A stretch of 64,000 bases of DNA, taken from Candidatus Krumholzibacteriia bacterium. GTDB taxonomy: Bacteria; Krumholzibacteriota; Krumholzibacteriia; LZORAL124-64-63. Location of the stretch: NCBI GenBank assembly GCA_024763215.1, contig JANTFX010000006.1, positions 2,439 to 66,438 of the forward strand, written 5' to 3'. This document shows, piece after piece, positions 20,057-29,134 of the stretch. The notes beneath the pieces were generated by a model that saw nothing but the letters and a program-made list of their open reading frames with translations, did no database searches and was not told where the DNA came from. Position 1 is the stretch's first letter; every line of letters begins with the position of its first letter. The position numbers were made by a program, and so were the translations under genes.

Positions 20057-20876
20057 AGCAGGAACCCCCTTCGTCAAGATGCACGGGGCCGGCAATGATT
20101 TCATCATGTTCCTCGAGCGGGATCTGCCCATGGGGAATCTTGCCGCGGATCTCATCGCGCGCCTGTGCCGCCGCCGGCTCGGGATCGGAGCGGACGGCCT
20201 GATCATCATCGGTCCGGACCCCGGCCAGGCCGATTTCCGCATGCGTTATTTCAACAGCGATGGGGGCGAGGCGGAGATGTGCGGCAACGGCGCCCGCTGC
20301 AGCTTCGCCCTGGCCCATGCTGCGGGGCTGGCCGGCCACGAGGGTGTTTTCACCAGCGCGGCGGGCCGCCATCGGGGCCGTTTGGCCGCAGGTGGCCAGG
20401 TCGAGGTCCAGTTGACCGGATGGTCCGGGCTGGAAACGACCGTCGAGTTCGAGGGCGTCCCCTGGCAGGATGTGGGTTTCTGCGACACCGGGGTACCCCA
20501 CGCCGTGGTGCTGCTGCCGGGTGTGCAGGACCTGGCCGAGGTCGACGTTCCCAGGTGGGGGCCCGTCCTGAGGCATCACCCCCGCTTCGGTCCGGACGGT
20601 TGCAACGTCAACTGGGCCGCCGTCGATCCTGACTCCGGCCTCGTCCACTTGCGGACCTACGAACGGGGGGTCGAGGCCGAAACCCTCGCCTGCGGCACTG
20701 GCGCCTCCGCGGCGGGCGTGGTATTGTGCCGACGCGGACTGGCCGCCAGCCCCGTCCGCTTGCGGACCGCCGGCGGCTATGAACTTGTGGTGCGGGTCGA
20801 GGCCGAGGAAAACCAACTGTTCCTGCAAGGCCCCGCCGAGGTGAGCTTCAGGGGAGAGGTGCAACTGGATGGTTAA
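20046..20876 (+). CDS. dapF: Diaminopimelate epimerase
   Basis: FVKMHGAGNDF, GIGADG, FNSDG.EAEMCGNG, TGVPH, YERGVEAETLACGTG. Confidence 0.96.
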   Translation: MSSEAGTPFVKMHGAGNDFIMFLERDLPMGNLAADLIARLCRRRLGIGADGLIIIGPDPGQADFRMRYFNSDGGEAEMCGNGARCSFALAHAAGLAGHEGVFTSAAGRHRGRLAAGGQVEVQLTGWSGLETTVEFEGVPWQDVGFCDTGVPHAVVLLPGVQDLAEVDVPRWGPVLRHHPRFGPDGCNVNWAAVDPDSGLVHLRTYERGVEAETLACGTGASAAGVVLCRRGLAASPVRLRTAGGYELVVRVEAEENQLFLQGPAEVSFRGEVQLDG

Positions 20877-21792
20877 CAAGTCCTGGATCATGCCCGATGG
20901 GATCTATACGGCGCTGGTCACTCCGTTTTCCGGTGACGGGATCGACCGCCAGGCCTGGCGGACCCTGGTGGAACGCCAGATCAACGCCGGAGTGGCGGGG
21001 GTGGTGCCCATCGGTTGCACCGGGGAGGCCGCGACGCTCTCGCGGACCGAAAGGGAATACCTGGTGCGCAGCTGTGTGGAGATGTGTCGCGGCAAGTGCG
21101 TGGTGGTGGCCGGTTCCGGGAGCAACGCCACCAGCGTGACCATCGATCAGACCCGGGATGTGAAGGAGTGGGGGGCCGATGCGGCCATGCTCATCACACC
21201 CTACTACAACAAACCTCAGCAACCCGGTCTGCACGCCCACTACCGGGCGGTGGCCCGGGCGGTGGACATCCCCATCGTGCTGTACAACGTGCCCGGCCGG
21301 ACCGCGGTCAACATGCTGCCGGCGACTTGTGCCCTGTTGAGCGCCGAGCCCAACATCGTCGCCCTCAAGGAGGCCAGCGGCCTTCTCGGGCAGATCGAGG
21401 AGGCAGTTGCCGGTTGCGACCTGAAGGTCTTCAGCGGGGACGACGGCCTCAATTTCCAGATTTTCGGCCTCGGCGCCAGCGGCGCCATCAGCGTGGTCAG
21501 CAACCTGTTGCCGGGCGCCATGGTCAGGTTCTGGAAGGCATGGGCCTCAGGTGACCTCAACCGGGCCTGGCCCATGAGCCGGGCCTTCGCTCCCATCACC
21601 GACGCCTGCTTCATCGAGACCAATCCGGTGCCGGTCAAGGAGCTGCTCTCGCTGGCCGGGCTCTGCAAACGGGACCCCCGCCTGCCGCTGGTCCCCTGCA
21701 ACGAGCAGAGCCTGACCTTCCTGGTGCAGTTCTACGAGGGCACCCTGGCCGACCTCATGGCCAGGGATCCCGACGGCGGGGACGTGTCATGA
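20869..21792 (+). CDS. dapA: 4-hydroxy-tetrahydrodipicolinate synthase
   Basis: TALVTPF, GCTGE, PYYNKP, LYNVPGRT, LKEAS, SGDD, ETNPVPVK. Confidence 0.95.
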   Translation: MVNKSWIMPDGIYTALVTPFSGDGIDRQAWRTLVERQINAGVAGVVPIGCTGEAATLSRTEREYLVRSCVEMCRGKCVVVAGSGSNATSVTIDQTRDVKEWGADAAMLITPYYNKPQQPGLHAHYRAVARAVDIPIVLYNVPGRTAVNMLPATCALLSAEPNIVALKEASGLLGQIEEAVAGCDLKVFSGDDGLNFQIFGLGASGAISVVSNLLPGAMVRFWKAWASGDLNRAWPMSRAFAPITDACFIETNPVPVKELLSLAGLCKRDPRLPLVPCNEQSLTFLVQFYEGTLADLMARDPDGGDVS

Positions 21793-22526
21793 TCCAGGTG
21801 GCGGTGCATGGCGCCGAGGGGCGCATGGGGCGCATGGTGACGGATCTGGTCCGCTCCGCCGAGGATATGCAGCTGTGCGGGCTGGTCACCGAACCCGGGT
21901 CCGCGGCCGCGGGCAGTGAACGGGACGGGGCGCCCATGGTGGGCCAGGACCACATGGCCTCGGCGCTTCCGCCCGGCGCGGTGATCGTCGATTTCTCCCT
22001 GGCGGCGGCCACCCCGGGGCTCCTGCGCGCCGCGGCCGAACTCGGCTCGCCCCTGGTGATCGGCACCACCGGGCACAGCCCGGAGCAACTGGAGGCGGTG
22101 CGTGCCTTCGCCGCCGACCGGCCCGTGGTGCTGGCCGCAAATTTCAGCATCGGCATCCCCGCCTTGCAGATGCTGTTGCAGCTGCTGGCCCGGACCCTGC
22201 CCCGGGGTTTCGACGCCGCCGAGCTTGAAACCCATCATGCCACCAAGCTGGACCGTCCCAGCGGCACGGCCCTCAAGCTCGCCGCGGCCTATGCCGAGGC
22301 GAGGGGCTGCCCGCAGCCGGCCATCGGCAGCCAGCGCCTGGGGGGAGTGGTGGGGGAGCACACCTGGACCTTCAGCGACCAGGAGGAGACCCTGGTGCTG
22401 ACCCATCGCGCCCATTCCCGGGGTGCCTTCCTGCGCGGCGTCCTGCCCGCGGTGAGATTCGCCACCGCGCGGGAGTCCGGATTCTACGAGTTGCAGAATG
22501 TGCTGATGGGGGCGGGTGCCGAATAG
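21789..22526 (+). CDS. dapB: 4-hydroxy-tetrahydrodipicolinate reductase
   Basis: GAEGRMG, VDFS, IGTTG, AANFSIG, ETHH..KLDRPSGTA, GEH, HRAHSR.AF. Confidence 0.93.
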   Translation: MIQVAVHGAEGRMGRMVTDLVRSAEDMQLCGLVTEPGSAAAGSERDGAPMVGQDHMASALPPGAVIVDFSLAAATPGLLRAAAELGSPLVIGTTGHSPEQLEAVRAFAADRPVVLAANFSIGIPALQMLLQLLARTLPRGFDAAELETHHATKLDRPSGTALKLAAAYAEARGCPQPAIGSQRLGGVVGEHTWTFSDQEETLVLTHRAHSRGAFLRGVLPAVRFATARESGFYELQNVLMGAGAE

Positions 22527-22534
22527 CGGACATG

Positions 22535-22564
22535 AGAAAACGGACCCCGCCAGGCGAGGCCCGT
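22535..22564 (-). terminator. Intrinsic terminator of rpsT
   Basis: Minus strand: 11-bp stem ACGGGCCTCGC-CTG-GCGGGGTCCGT (2 G-U pairs) followed by TTTCT, about 20 nt after the rpsT stop. Confidence 0.6.
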
Positions 22565-22583
22565 CCGCGAAAACCGGAACCGT

Positions 22584-22841
22584 TTATCTGGCTGCAGCGG
22601 CGGCCAGGCGGCTCTTCAGGCGCGAAGCCCTGCTCTTGGGCATCAGACCCTTGCGGGCCTGGGTGTCGATCAAGCTGTACATCTCGGACACCAGCGTGGC
22701 CTTTTCCTCGGCCGGCGTGCTCGCGATGTTCAGGTGGAAACGCTTGATCCTGGAGCGCATCATGGCGCGGTTGGCGCGGTTGCGCTCATTGCGCTTGCGG
22801 CTCGTAATGAGCCTTTTCTTGCAACTCTTGGCATGGGGCAC
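22584..22841 (-). CDS. rpsT: 30S ribosomal protein S20
   Basis: (M)PHAKSCKKR...RNERNRA.R..MRS.IK...ID..ARKG..PK..ASR.KSRL. GTG start with GGAGGT Shine-Dalgarno. Confidence 0.95.
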   Translation of the reverse strand: MPHAKSCKKRLITSRKRNERNRANRAMMRSRIKRFHLNIASTPAEEKATLVSEMYSLIDTQARKGLMPKSRASRLKSRLAAAAAR

Positions 22842-22876
22842 GACAAAAACCTCCGTTTTGAACTTACAGGCGTGGC

Positions 22877-22905
22877 AATTTAACAAGGCGCAGGGATGAT
22901 GTCAA
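22877..22905 (-). promoter_or_regulatory. Sigma70 promoter of rpsT
   Basis: Minus strand: TTGACA (22905-22900), 17 nt spacer, TAAATT (22882-22877), with extended TG. Confidence 0.65.
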
Positions 22906-24749
22906 GGCGATCCGAAAGCGACTCCAGGGCGGAAAGGCTGCGGAGCAAGCTGGCCGGACTGCCCGAAGCCCCAGGCGTCTACCTGCACAAGAACAGGGAC
23001 GGCAAGGTGATCTACGTGGGGAAGGCCTCGCGTCTGAGCCAGCGCGTCCGGTCCTACTTCACGGGGTCTGGTCATGATGCCAAGACCCGCAAGCTCGTGG
23101 CCGATATCGGGGATTTCGATTTCATCGCCACCGATTCGGCGGCGCAGGCCCTGGTACTGGAGAACCAGCTCATCAAGGAGTACCGCCCCTATTACAACAT
23201 CCGGCTCAAGGACGACAAGCAGTACCCCTACCTGCGTCTTTCCCTGCAGGAACCCTTCCCGCGGGTGACGGTGGTCAGGAGGATCGAGTCCGACGGGGCC
23301 AGGTATTTCGGGCCCTTCACCGACGTGCGTGCCATGCGCCAGACGCTGTCCTTCGCCGCGGGCATCTTCCAGGTCCGGACCTGCCATCTGGATTTGCCGG
23401 AGCAGACCGTGCCCCGACCCTGCCTGGACTGGCAGATCGGACGCTGCAGCGCTCCCTGCGCGGGCATGGAGGGCCAAGAGGACTACCGCCGCCGGACCCT
23501 GGCCCTGGCCTCCTTCCTCGCCGGCAAGACGCGGGACCTGCTCGGTGAGCTGGAGGTCAGGATGCAGGACCTGGCCCGGGCACGCCTGTACGAGGAAGCG
23601 GCCCGGCTGCGCGATCTCGCGGCCCAGCTCCGCAAGACCGCGGCCAACCGCCCCCCCGTGGAAGGAATCGAGGGAGACGCGGATCTTTGCGGTGTGGCGC
23701 GGGAGGGCACCCGGGCCGCGGGGCTGGTGCTGCGGGTCCGGGGCGGCAGCATCCTGACCAGCCACCATTTCCCTTTCATCGTCAAGCTTGAGAGCGGCAC
23801 CCCGGAGCTGATGGCCCAGCTCCTGCGGGAATATTACACGCGCGCGGGGGACATACCCCTGGAGGTGCTTCTGGCCGGGCCCATCGATGACCCCGCCAGC
23901 TGGGAAGCTTGGCTGGCGGACCTGCGGGGAGGACCGATCCATATCCGTCAGCCGGTGCGCGGCCGGAAACTCGCGGCGGTGGCCCTGGCGCGGACCAACG
24001 CCGCCTTCCACCTGCGGGAGGCCATGGCCCGCCAGGCAGGACGCAAGCCGGCGCAGGCCGTCAGCGCCGTGACCGTGCTGCAGGAGGCGCTGGACCTGCA
24101 CACGGCACCGAGGACCATCGAATGCTTCGACATCTCCAACTTCCAGGGCAAGGAAACGGTGGCCTCCCTGGTGTTCTTCAAGGACGGCAAGCCGCTCAAG
24201 AGCCGTTACCGGCGTTTCCGCATCAAGACCGTGACCGGTGTCGACGACTTCGCCAGCATGGCCGAGGTGCTGGACAGGTATTACGGCCGGCTGGCGGAGA
24301 AGGAATTGCCGCCGGGGGACCTGGTCGTGGTCGACGGAGGGGCGGGGCAGCTGGGGGTGGCGCGGGACATCCTCGGCCGTTACGGCTTCCACGGGGCGCA
24401 GCTGATCGGCCTGGCCAAGAAGCAGGAGACGATCTACCGGGAGGGGGGGACGGTGCAGCTGAGCCGCCGCAACGAAGGGCTCAAGCTCCTGCAGCGGGTC
24501 AGGGACGAGGCCCACCGCTTCGCCATCACCTACCACCGTTTGCTGCGGGATCACCTGACGACCTCCAGCGAGCTGGACCTGATCCCGGGCATCGGCCAGG
24601 TCAAGAAGCTCTCCCTGCTGCATCATTTCGGTTCGGTGCAGAGGATCGCGGCGGCCCCGGCACAGGAGCTGGAAGAGGTCAGGGGGATCAATCGCCATGA
24701 CGTGGCCACGATCCTGAGGTTCTTCGCCGGCCGAAGGGAGCCTCAATGA
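22896..24749 (+). CDS. uvrC: Excinuclease ABC subunit C
   Basis: GIY-YIG (PGVY...IYVGKA..L.QRVRSYF), DDKQYPY, IECFDISN, VDGGAGQL, RDEAHRFAI, HhH domain. Confidence 0.96.
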   Translation: MMSRRSESDSRAERLRSKLAGLPEAPGVYLHKNRDGKVIYVGKASRLSQRVRSYFTGSGHDAKTRKLVADIGDFDFIATDSAAQALVLENQLIKEYRPYYNIRLKDDKQYPYLRLSLQEPFPRVTVVRRIESDGARYFGPFTDVRAMRQTLSFAAGIFQVRTCHLDLPEQTVPRPCLDWQIGRCSAPCAGMEGQEDYRRRTLALASFLAGKTRDLLGELEVRMQDLARARLYEEAARLRDLAAQLRKTAANRPPVEGIEGDADLCGVAREGTRAAGLVLRVRGGSILTSHHFPFIVKLESGTPELMAQLLREYYTRAGDIPLEVLLAGPIDDPASWEAWLADLRGGPIHIRQPVRGRKLAAVALARTNAAFHLREAMARQAGRKPAQAVSAVTVLQEALDLHTAPRTIECFDISNFQGKETVASLVFFKDGKPLKSRYRRFRIKTVTGVDDFASMAEVLDRYYGRLAEKELPPGDLVVVDGGAGQLGVARDILGRYGFHGAQLIGLAKKQETIYREGGTVQLSRRNEGLKLLQRVRDEAHRFAITYHRLLRDHLTTSSELDLIPGIGQVKKLSLLHHFGSVQRIAAAPAQELEEVRGINRHDVATILRFFAGRREPQ

Positions 24750-25657
24750 ACGATCTGCGGCAAGCCTGGGATACGGCCTGCGACGGTTTCCTGTCCCACG
24801 CGCTGGTGGACAAGGGCCTGGCCACGACCACCATCGCGGCCATGCAGCATGACCTGTCGCACCTGCGCGGCTGGGCCACGCAAAGTGGAGTGGCCCCCGC
24901 AGGGGTCACGGCCCAGGATCTGAGGTCCTTCCTGTTGTCCGTCTCCGCGGGTTTGCAGGCCTCGAGCCGGGCGCGGCTCATGTCCACCCTGCGGTCCTTC
25001 TTCCGCTTCCTGGTGGCCGAGAAGGTGATTGCCGAAGACCCCACGGCCACCCTCATCGCACCGCGCCGCGGCCGCAAGCTGCCGCTGTACCTGACTGCGG
25101 ACCAGGTGGCGCGTTTCCTGGATCTGCCCGATGATCCCGAACCCCTGCCCCTGCGCAACCGCGCCATCCTCGAGACCCTGTACGGTTCGGGCTGCCGGGT
25201 GGGGGAGCTGTGCGCCCTGGATCTGCTGGATCTGGACCCGGGCGAAGGCACCCTGCTGCTCAGGGGCAAGGGTTCCAAGCAACGGCGGGTGCCCATCGGC
25301 GGGCCCTGCCTGACGGTCCTGAACCGGTACCTGTCCCTGGCCAGGCCCCGGCTGGCGGGCAAAGGCCCCGATGGCCGGGCCATGTTCCTGAACCATCGCG
25401 GGGGGCGGTTGAGCAGGGTGTCGGTCTGGAACCTCGTCAAGAGCAGGGGCCGGGAGTTGGGGCTGGCCGAGGGCCTCTCACCCCACACCCTGCGGCACAG
25501 CTACGCCACCCACCTGCTGGCCGGAGGCGCCGACCTCAGGGTGGTCCAGGAACTCCTGGGGCACGCGGATATCTCCACCACCGAGATCTACACCCACGTC
25601 GACCGCACCTGGCTGCACAGCATATGGCGCCAGGCCCATCCCCGGGCAGGAGGCTGA
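24746..25657 (+). CDS. xerD: Tyrosine recombinase XerD
   Basis: LYGSGCRVGE, GKGSKQRRVP, SPHTLRHSYATHLL.GGADLRVVQELLGHADISTTEIYTHV. Neighbours trpS-scpAB. Confidence 0.9.
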   Translation: MNDLRQAWDTACDGFLSHALVDKGLATTTIAAMQHDLSHLRGWATQSGVAPAGVTAQDLRSFLLSVSAGLQASSRARLMSTLRSFFRFLVAEKVIAEDPTATLIAPRRGRKLPLYLTADQVARFLDLPDDPEPLPLRNRAILETLYGSGCRVGELCALDLLDLDPGEGTLLLRGKGSKQRRVPIGGPCLTVLNRYLSLARPRLAGKGPDGRAMFLNHRGGRLSRVSVWNLVKSRGRELGLAEGLSPHTLRHSYATHLLAGGADLRVVQELLGHADISTTEIYTHVDRTWLHSIWRQAHPRAGG

Positions 25658-25672
25658 GGGGCCGAAGGTGCT

Positions 25673-25701
25673 TTGACACTTCCCGGCGGGGGTGGTACTT
25701 T
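25673..25701 (+). promoter_or_regulatory. Sigma70 promoter of the trpS-scpAB operon
   Basis: TTGACA (25673-78), 17 nt spacer, TACTTT (25696-701), with extended TG. Confidence 0.65.
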
Positions 25702-25775
25702 TCCGTGTTGAACCGGCACCATTTTCCACGGCCAGGGGCCCAGGGCCCCTGCTGATGTAAAGGTATACCATCCGT

Positions 25776-26777
25776 ATGACCGCCGATCCCGCCGACAAGC
25801 GCAAGATCATCCTCAGCGGCAACCGCCCCACCGGACGCTTGCACTGGGGCAACTATACCGGCGCCCTGGAGAACTGGGTGCGCCTGCAGGACGAGTACCG
25901 CTGCTATTTCATGGTGGCCGACTGGCATGTCCTGACCACCGCCCTGGACAAGGCCGACCTCATCGCCCACCACTCGCGCGAGATGTTCCTGGACTGGCTG
26001 GGCGCCGGGCTGGACCCGGAGAAGTCCGTCCTGTTCATCCAGTCGCAGGTCAAGGAACACGCCGAGCTCTACCTGCTGCTGGCCATGCTCATCAGCAAGG
26101 GGCGCCTCGAGCGCAACCCCACCTTCAAGGAGCAGATCCGCGATCTGAATTTGGGCGGGGAAATCAGCTACGGTCACCTGGGGTATCCCGTTTTGCAGGC
26201 GGCGGACATCCTGGCCTACCGGGCCCACGCCGTACCCGTCGGCGAGGATCAGCTGCCGCACCTGGAGCTGACCAGGGAGATGGCCCGCAGGTTCAACCGT
26301 CTGTTCGGGGATGTCTTCCCCGAACCCGAGGCCCTGGTGACGAAATTCGCCCGCTTCCCCGGCACCGACGGCAAGCGCATGAGCAAATCCCTGGGCAACA
26401 CCATCGAGATCGCCGCTTCGCCGGAGGAGATCCTGGAGAAGATCCGGCCCGCCTACACCGATCCGGCGCGGCTGCGGCGCAGCGATCCCGGGCACCCTGA
26501 GGTGTGCGCGGTCTACACCTGGTACCGGAAGTTCCTGCCCGAGGAGGCCGAGGCCACCGCCGCCGAATGCCGCAGCGCCGGCCGCGGGTGCGTGGACTGC
26601 AAGCTCAAGCTGGCCGCCGGGGTGACCGCGCACTTCGCCCCCCTGCGTGAGCGCCGGGAGGCCTTCGCCGCCGACCCCGGGAAACTCGACGAGATCATCG
26701 CCCATGGCTGCGAGCAGGCTCGCGCCGTCGCCGCCGGGACCATGGAGGAAGTCCACCAGGCCATGGGGCTGGGCTGA
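25776..26777 (+). CDS. trpS: Tryptophan--tRNA ligase
   Basis: SGNRPTGRLHWGN, YPVLQAADI, VPVGEDQ, KRMSKS. Confidence 0.96.
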   Translation: MTADPADKRKIILSGNRPTGRLHWGNYTGALENWVRLQDEYRCYFMVADWHVLTTALDKADLIAHHSREMFLDWLGAGLDPEKSVLFIQSQVKEHAELYLLLAMLISKGRLERNPTFKEQIRDLNLGGEISYGHLGYPVLQAADILAYRAHAVPVGEDQLPHLELTREMARRFNRLFGDVFPEPEALVTKFARFPGTDGKRMSKSLGNTIEIAASPEEILEKIRPAYTDPARLRRSDPGHPEVCAVYTWYRKFLPEEAEATAAECRSAGRGCVDCKLKLAAGVTAHFAPLRERREAFAADPGKLDEIIAHGCEQARAVAAGTMEEVHQAMGLG

Positions 26778-26795
26778 GGCAATAAGGAGGCTAGT

Positions 26796-27680
26796 GTGGT
26801 TGAACCGGCCGGCATTGCCGGGGACAAGGAAGTTTCCCGGATGAACACAGGCGGCAGCGGTGTCTGGAACCTGGACACCCTGCCCGCTGATCTGGAGTAT
26901 TTCCGGACCAGCAGCGCCTATCAGGTCGAGCTGAGCGATTTTTTCCAGGGTCCCCTGGACCTCTTGCTGCACCTGATCCAGAAGGAACAGGTCGATATCT
27001 ACGATATCCCCATCGCCCGCATCACCGACCAATTCATCCGGCATATCCAGGTCATCCAGCGCGTGAGCCTGGATCAGGCCGGCGATTTCCTGACCATGGC
27101 CGCGACCCTGCTGGTCATCAAGATGAAGATGCTCATGCCCTCGCGGCTGGCCGGCGACGAACCCGATGAAGAGGATCCGCGCGCGGAACTCGTGCGCCAG
27201 CTCCTGGAATACAAGCGCTTCAAGGAGATGGCCGAGATCTTCCGGAACCAGGAGACCCAGCGGCGCAGCTACCACCTGCGGGGTACGCGGTATCCCTTCG
27301 CGGGGGATCTGGATCTCGAGCCCAAGTTGCGCATCGAGGTCTTCGACCTGCTGGCGGCGGTGGCGGGAATTTTCGATCGCCTCACCAAGCAACCCGGTCA
27401 TGCCGTGGCGCGCGAGCCGTTCACCGTTCAGGAGAAGATCGCGCTCATCAACACGCGCCTGGCCAGTGGCGGGCTGGTCGCCTTCGAGGACCTGTTCACC
27501 GACGATTCCATCAAGATGGAGGTCATCGTGACCTTCATAGCGGTGCTGGAGATGGTCAAACGGGGGGAACTCCAGTTCCTGCAGACCGAGGCCCAGGGGC
27601 CCATCTGGATCCAGAAGCCTGCCCCTGCCGAGGACGACGGCGCTCCGGAAGTCCCCACCGCCCTGGAGGGGTCGGCGTGA
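26796..27680 (+). CDS. scpA: Segregation and condensation protein A (kleisin)
   Basis: FQGPLDLLLHLI, DIYDIPIA.IT.QF, EDPRAELVRQLLEYKRFK, IVTFIAVLEM. TAAGGAGG precedes the GTG. Confidence 0.93.
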   Translation: MVEPAGIAGDKEVSRMNTGGSGVWNLDTLPADLEYFRTSSAYQVELSDFFQGPLDLLLHLIQKEQVDIYDIPIARITDQFIRHIQVIQRVSLDQAGDFLTMAATLLVIKMKMLMPSRLAGDEPDEEDPRAELVRQLLEYKRFKEMAEIFRNQETQRRSYHLRGTRYPFAGDLDLEPKLRIEVFDLLAAVAGIFDRLTKQPGHAVAREPFTVQEKIALINTRLASGGLVAFEDLFTDDSIKMEVIVTFIAVLEMVKRGELQFLQTEAQGPIWIQKPAPAEDDGAPEVPTALEGSA

Positions 27681-28378
27681 AGCGCGAAATCGAAGCGCTG
27701 CTCTTCGCGGCGGACGGACCGTTGACCGTGGCCCGCCTCAAGAAGCTTCTGGTCGGGGCCGATGCCGCCGGGATCAAGGAAGCCATCGCCGAACTGGAGT
27801 CCGAATACACCCAGGCCGGTCACGCCTTCACCGTGGTTGAATTCGGTGGCGGCTGGCAGATCGCCACCCGGCCCGAATTCTCCCCCAGCGTGGAGAAGAT
27901 GCTCAAGTCCAGGCGTTTCACGCGCCTGTCCAAGGCGGGGCTGGAGGTCCTGGCCATCATCGCGTACCGGCAGCCCATCACCAGGCTGGAGATCGACGAG
28001 ATCCGCGGGGTCAACAGCAGCGGCGCCATCAGCACGTTGACCGAGCGGAACCTGATCACGGTCGTCGGGCGTTCGCAAGCCATCGGCAACCCCCTGTTGT
28101 ACGGCACCACGCGGGAGTTCCTCAACCACCTCGGCCTCAAGGGCCTGGGGCAGCTCCCGGCCCTGCCCGAGCTCGAGGACGTGATGCAGGACCGCGAGCA
28201 ATTGCGTGATTTCGCCAACCAGATCGGCAGGGAGATATCGGCCCAGGAGCTTGAGGAGTACTTCGAGGCGCCGGTCACCGGCCCGGAAGCCGGGTCCGCC
28301 GAGGAGGTCCCGGAAGATCACCCGGCTGAACCGGCGCCGGAGCAGGATGCCGGACATGAAGACAACGCCCAACCCTGA
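27677..28378 (+). CDS. scpB: SMC-Scp complex subunit ScpB
   Basis: IEALLF, LSKAGLEVLAIIAYRQPITR, IRGVNS, LYGTT.EFL. Confidence 0.94.
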   Translation: MKREIEALLFAADGPLTVARLKKLLVGADAAGIKEAIAELESEYTQAGHAFTVVEFGGGWQIATRPEFSPSVEKMLKSRRFTRLSKAGLEVLAIIAYRQPITRLEIDEIRGVNSSGAISTLTERNLITVVGRSQAIGNPLLYGTTREFLNHLGLKGLGQLPALPELEDVMQDREQLRDFANQIGREISAQELEEYFEAPVTGPEAGSAEEVPEDHPAEPAPEQDAGHEDNAQP

Positions 28379-29123
28379 TACGGGAGCCGTACGCCTGAAT
28401 CGTTTTCTGGCCGATGCCGGTCTGGGCTCGCGGCGCGGGGTGGAGGACCTCATCCGGGGGGGGCGGGTTGCCGTCAACGGCGCGGTCGTGCTCGCCCTCG
28501 GGACCCGGGTGGTCCCCGGCAGGGATCTGGTGGAGGTCGATGGCGCCCGGGTCCAGGACGTGACCACGGGCCTGGTCTTCGCCTTCCACAAGCCGGTGGG
28601 GGTGGTCTGCACCCTCAAGGGGCAGGGCGGCCAACCCACCCTCCTGCCCTACAAGCGCCAGGCGGATCTCCCGGCACCGGTCATGCCTGTGGGACGGCTT
28701 GACGCGGACAGCTCGGGGTTGCTCCTTTGGACGGACTCGGGGACCCTGAGCCAGGCCCTGTGCCGGCCCGGTTCCGGGATCTGGAAGACCTATGCGGTCA
28801 CCCTGGCCCACCAGCTGAGGGCCAGGGAGGCCGGCATCTTCACCGGGGGCACCCTGGAACTGGATGGCAGGCCCTGCCTGCCCTGCCGTCTGGAGGCTGT
28901 GCGCCAGAACGGGAGAGCGTGGCTGGTGCATCTGCACGAGGGCCGCAAGCGGCAGATCAGGCGGATGTTCAGGGCGGTAGGCAACCGTGTCCTGACGCTG
29001 CACCGGGTGGCGGTCGGTCCGGTGAGCCTGGGCCGGCTGGAAGCGGGCCGCTTCCGGGCCTTGCCGCCCGCGGAAGTGGCGGCGCTGCGTGAGGCGCTGG
29101 CCAGCGAAACCCGCAACCGTTGA
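28347..29123 (+). CDS. rluB: RsuA/RluB-family rRNA pseudouridine synthase
   Basis: S4 domain RLNRFLA..G..SRR, FHKP.G, VGRLDADSSGLLL, EGRKRQIRRM. Start at 28347 or 28356. Confidence 0.85.
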   Translation: MPDMKTTPNPDTGAVRLNRFLADAGLGSRRGVEDLIRGGRVAVNGAVVLALGTRVVPGRDLVEVDGARVQDVTTGLVFAFHKPVGVVCTLKGQGGQPTLLPYKRQADLPAPVMPVGRLDADSSGLLLWTDSGTLSQALCRPGSGIWKTYAVTLAHQLRAREAGIFTGGTLELDGRPCLPCRLEAVRQNGRAWLVHLHEGRKRQIRRMFRAVGNRVLTLHRVAVGPVSLGRLEAGRFRALPPAEVAALREALASETRNR

Positions 29124-29134
29124 AGGGATGGGGA

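Noticed and set aside
14819..25657. Two tyrosine recombinases as integrases of a mobile element
   Set aside because: Both sit in canonical housekeeping contexts (trmFO-xerC-hslV and xerD-trpS-scpAB), overlap their neighbours, and have a cognate dif in the window.
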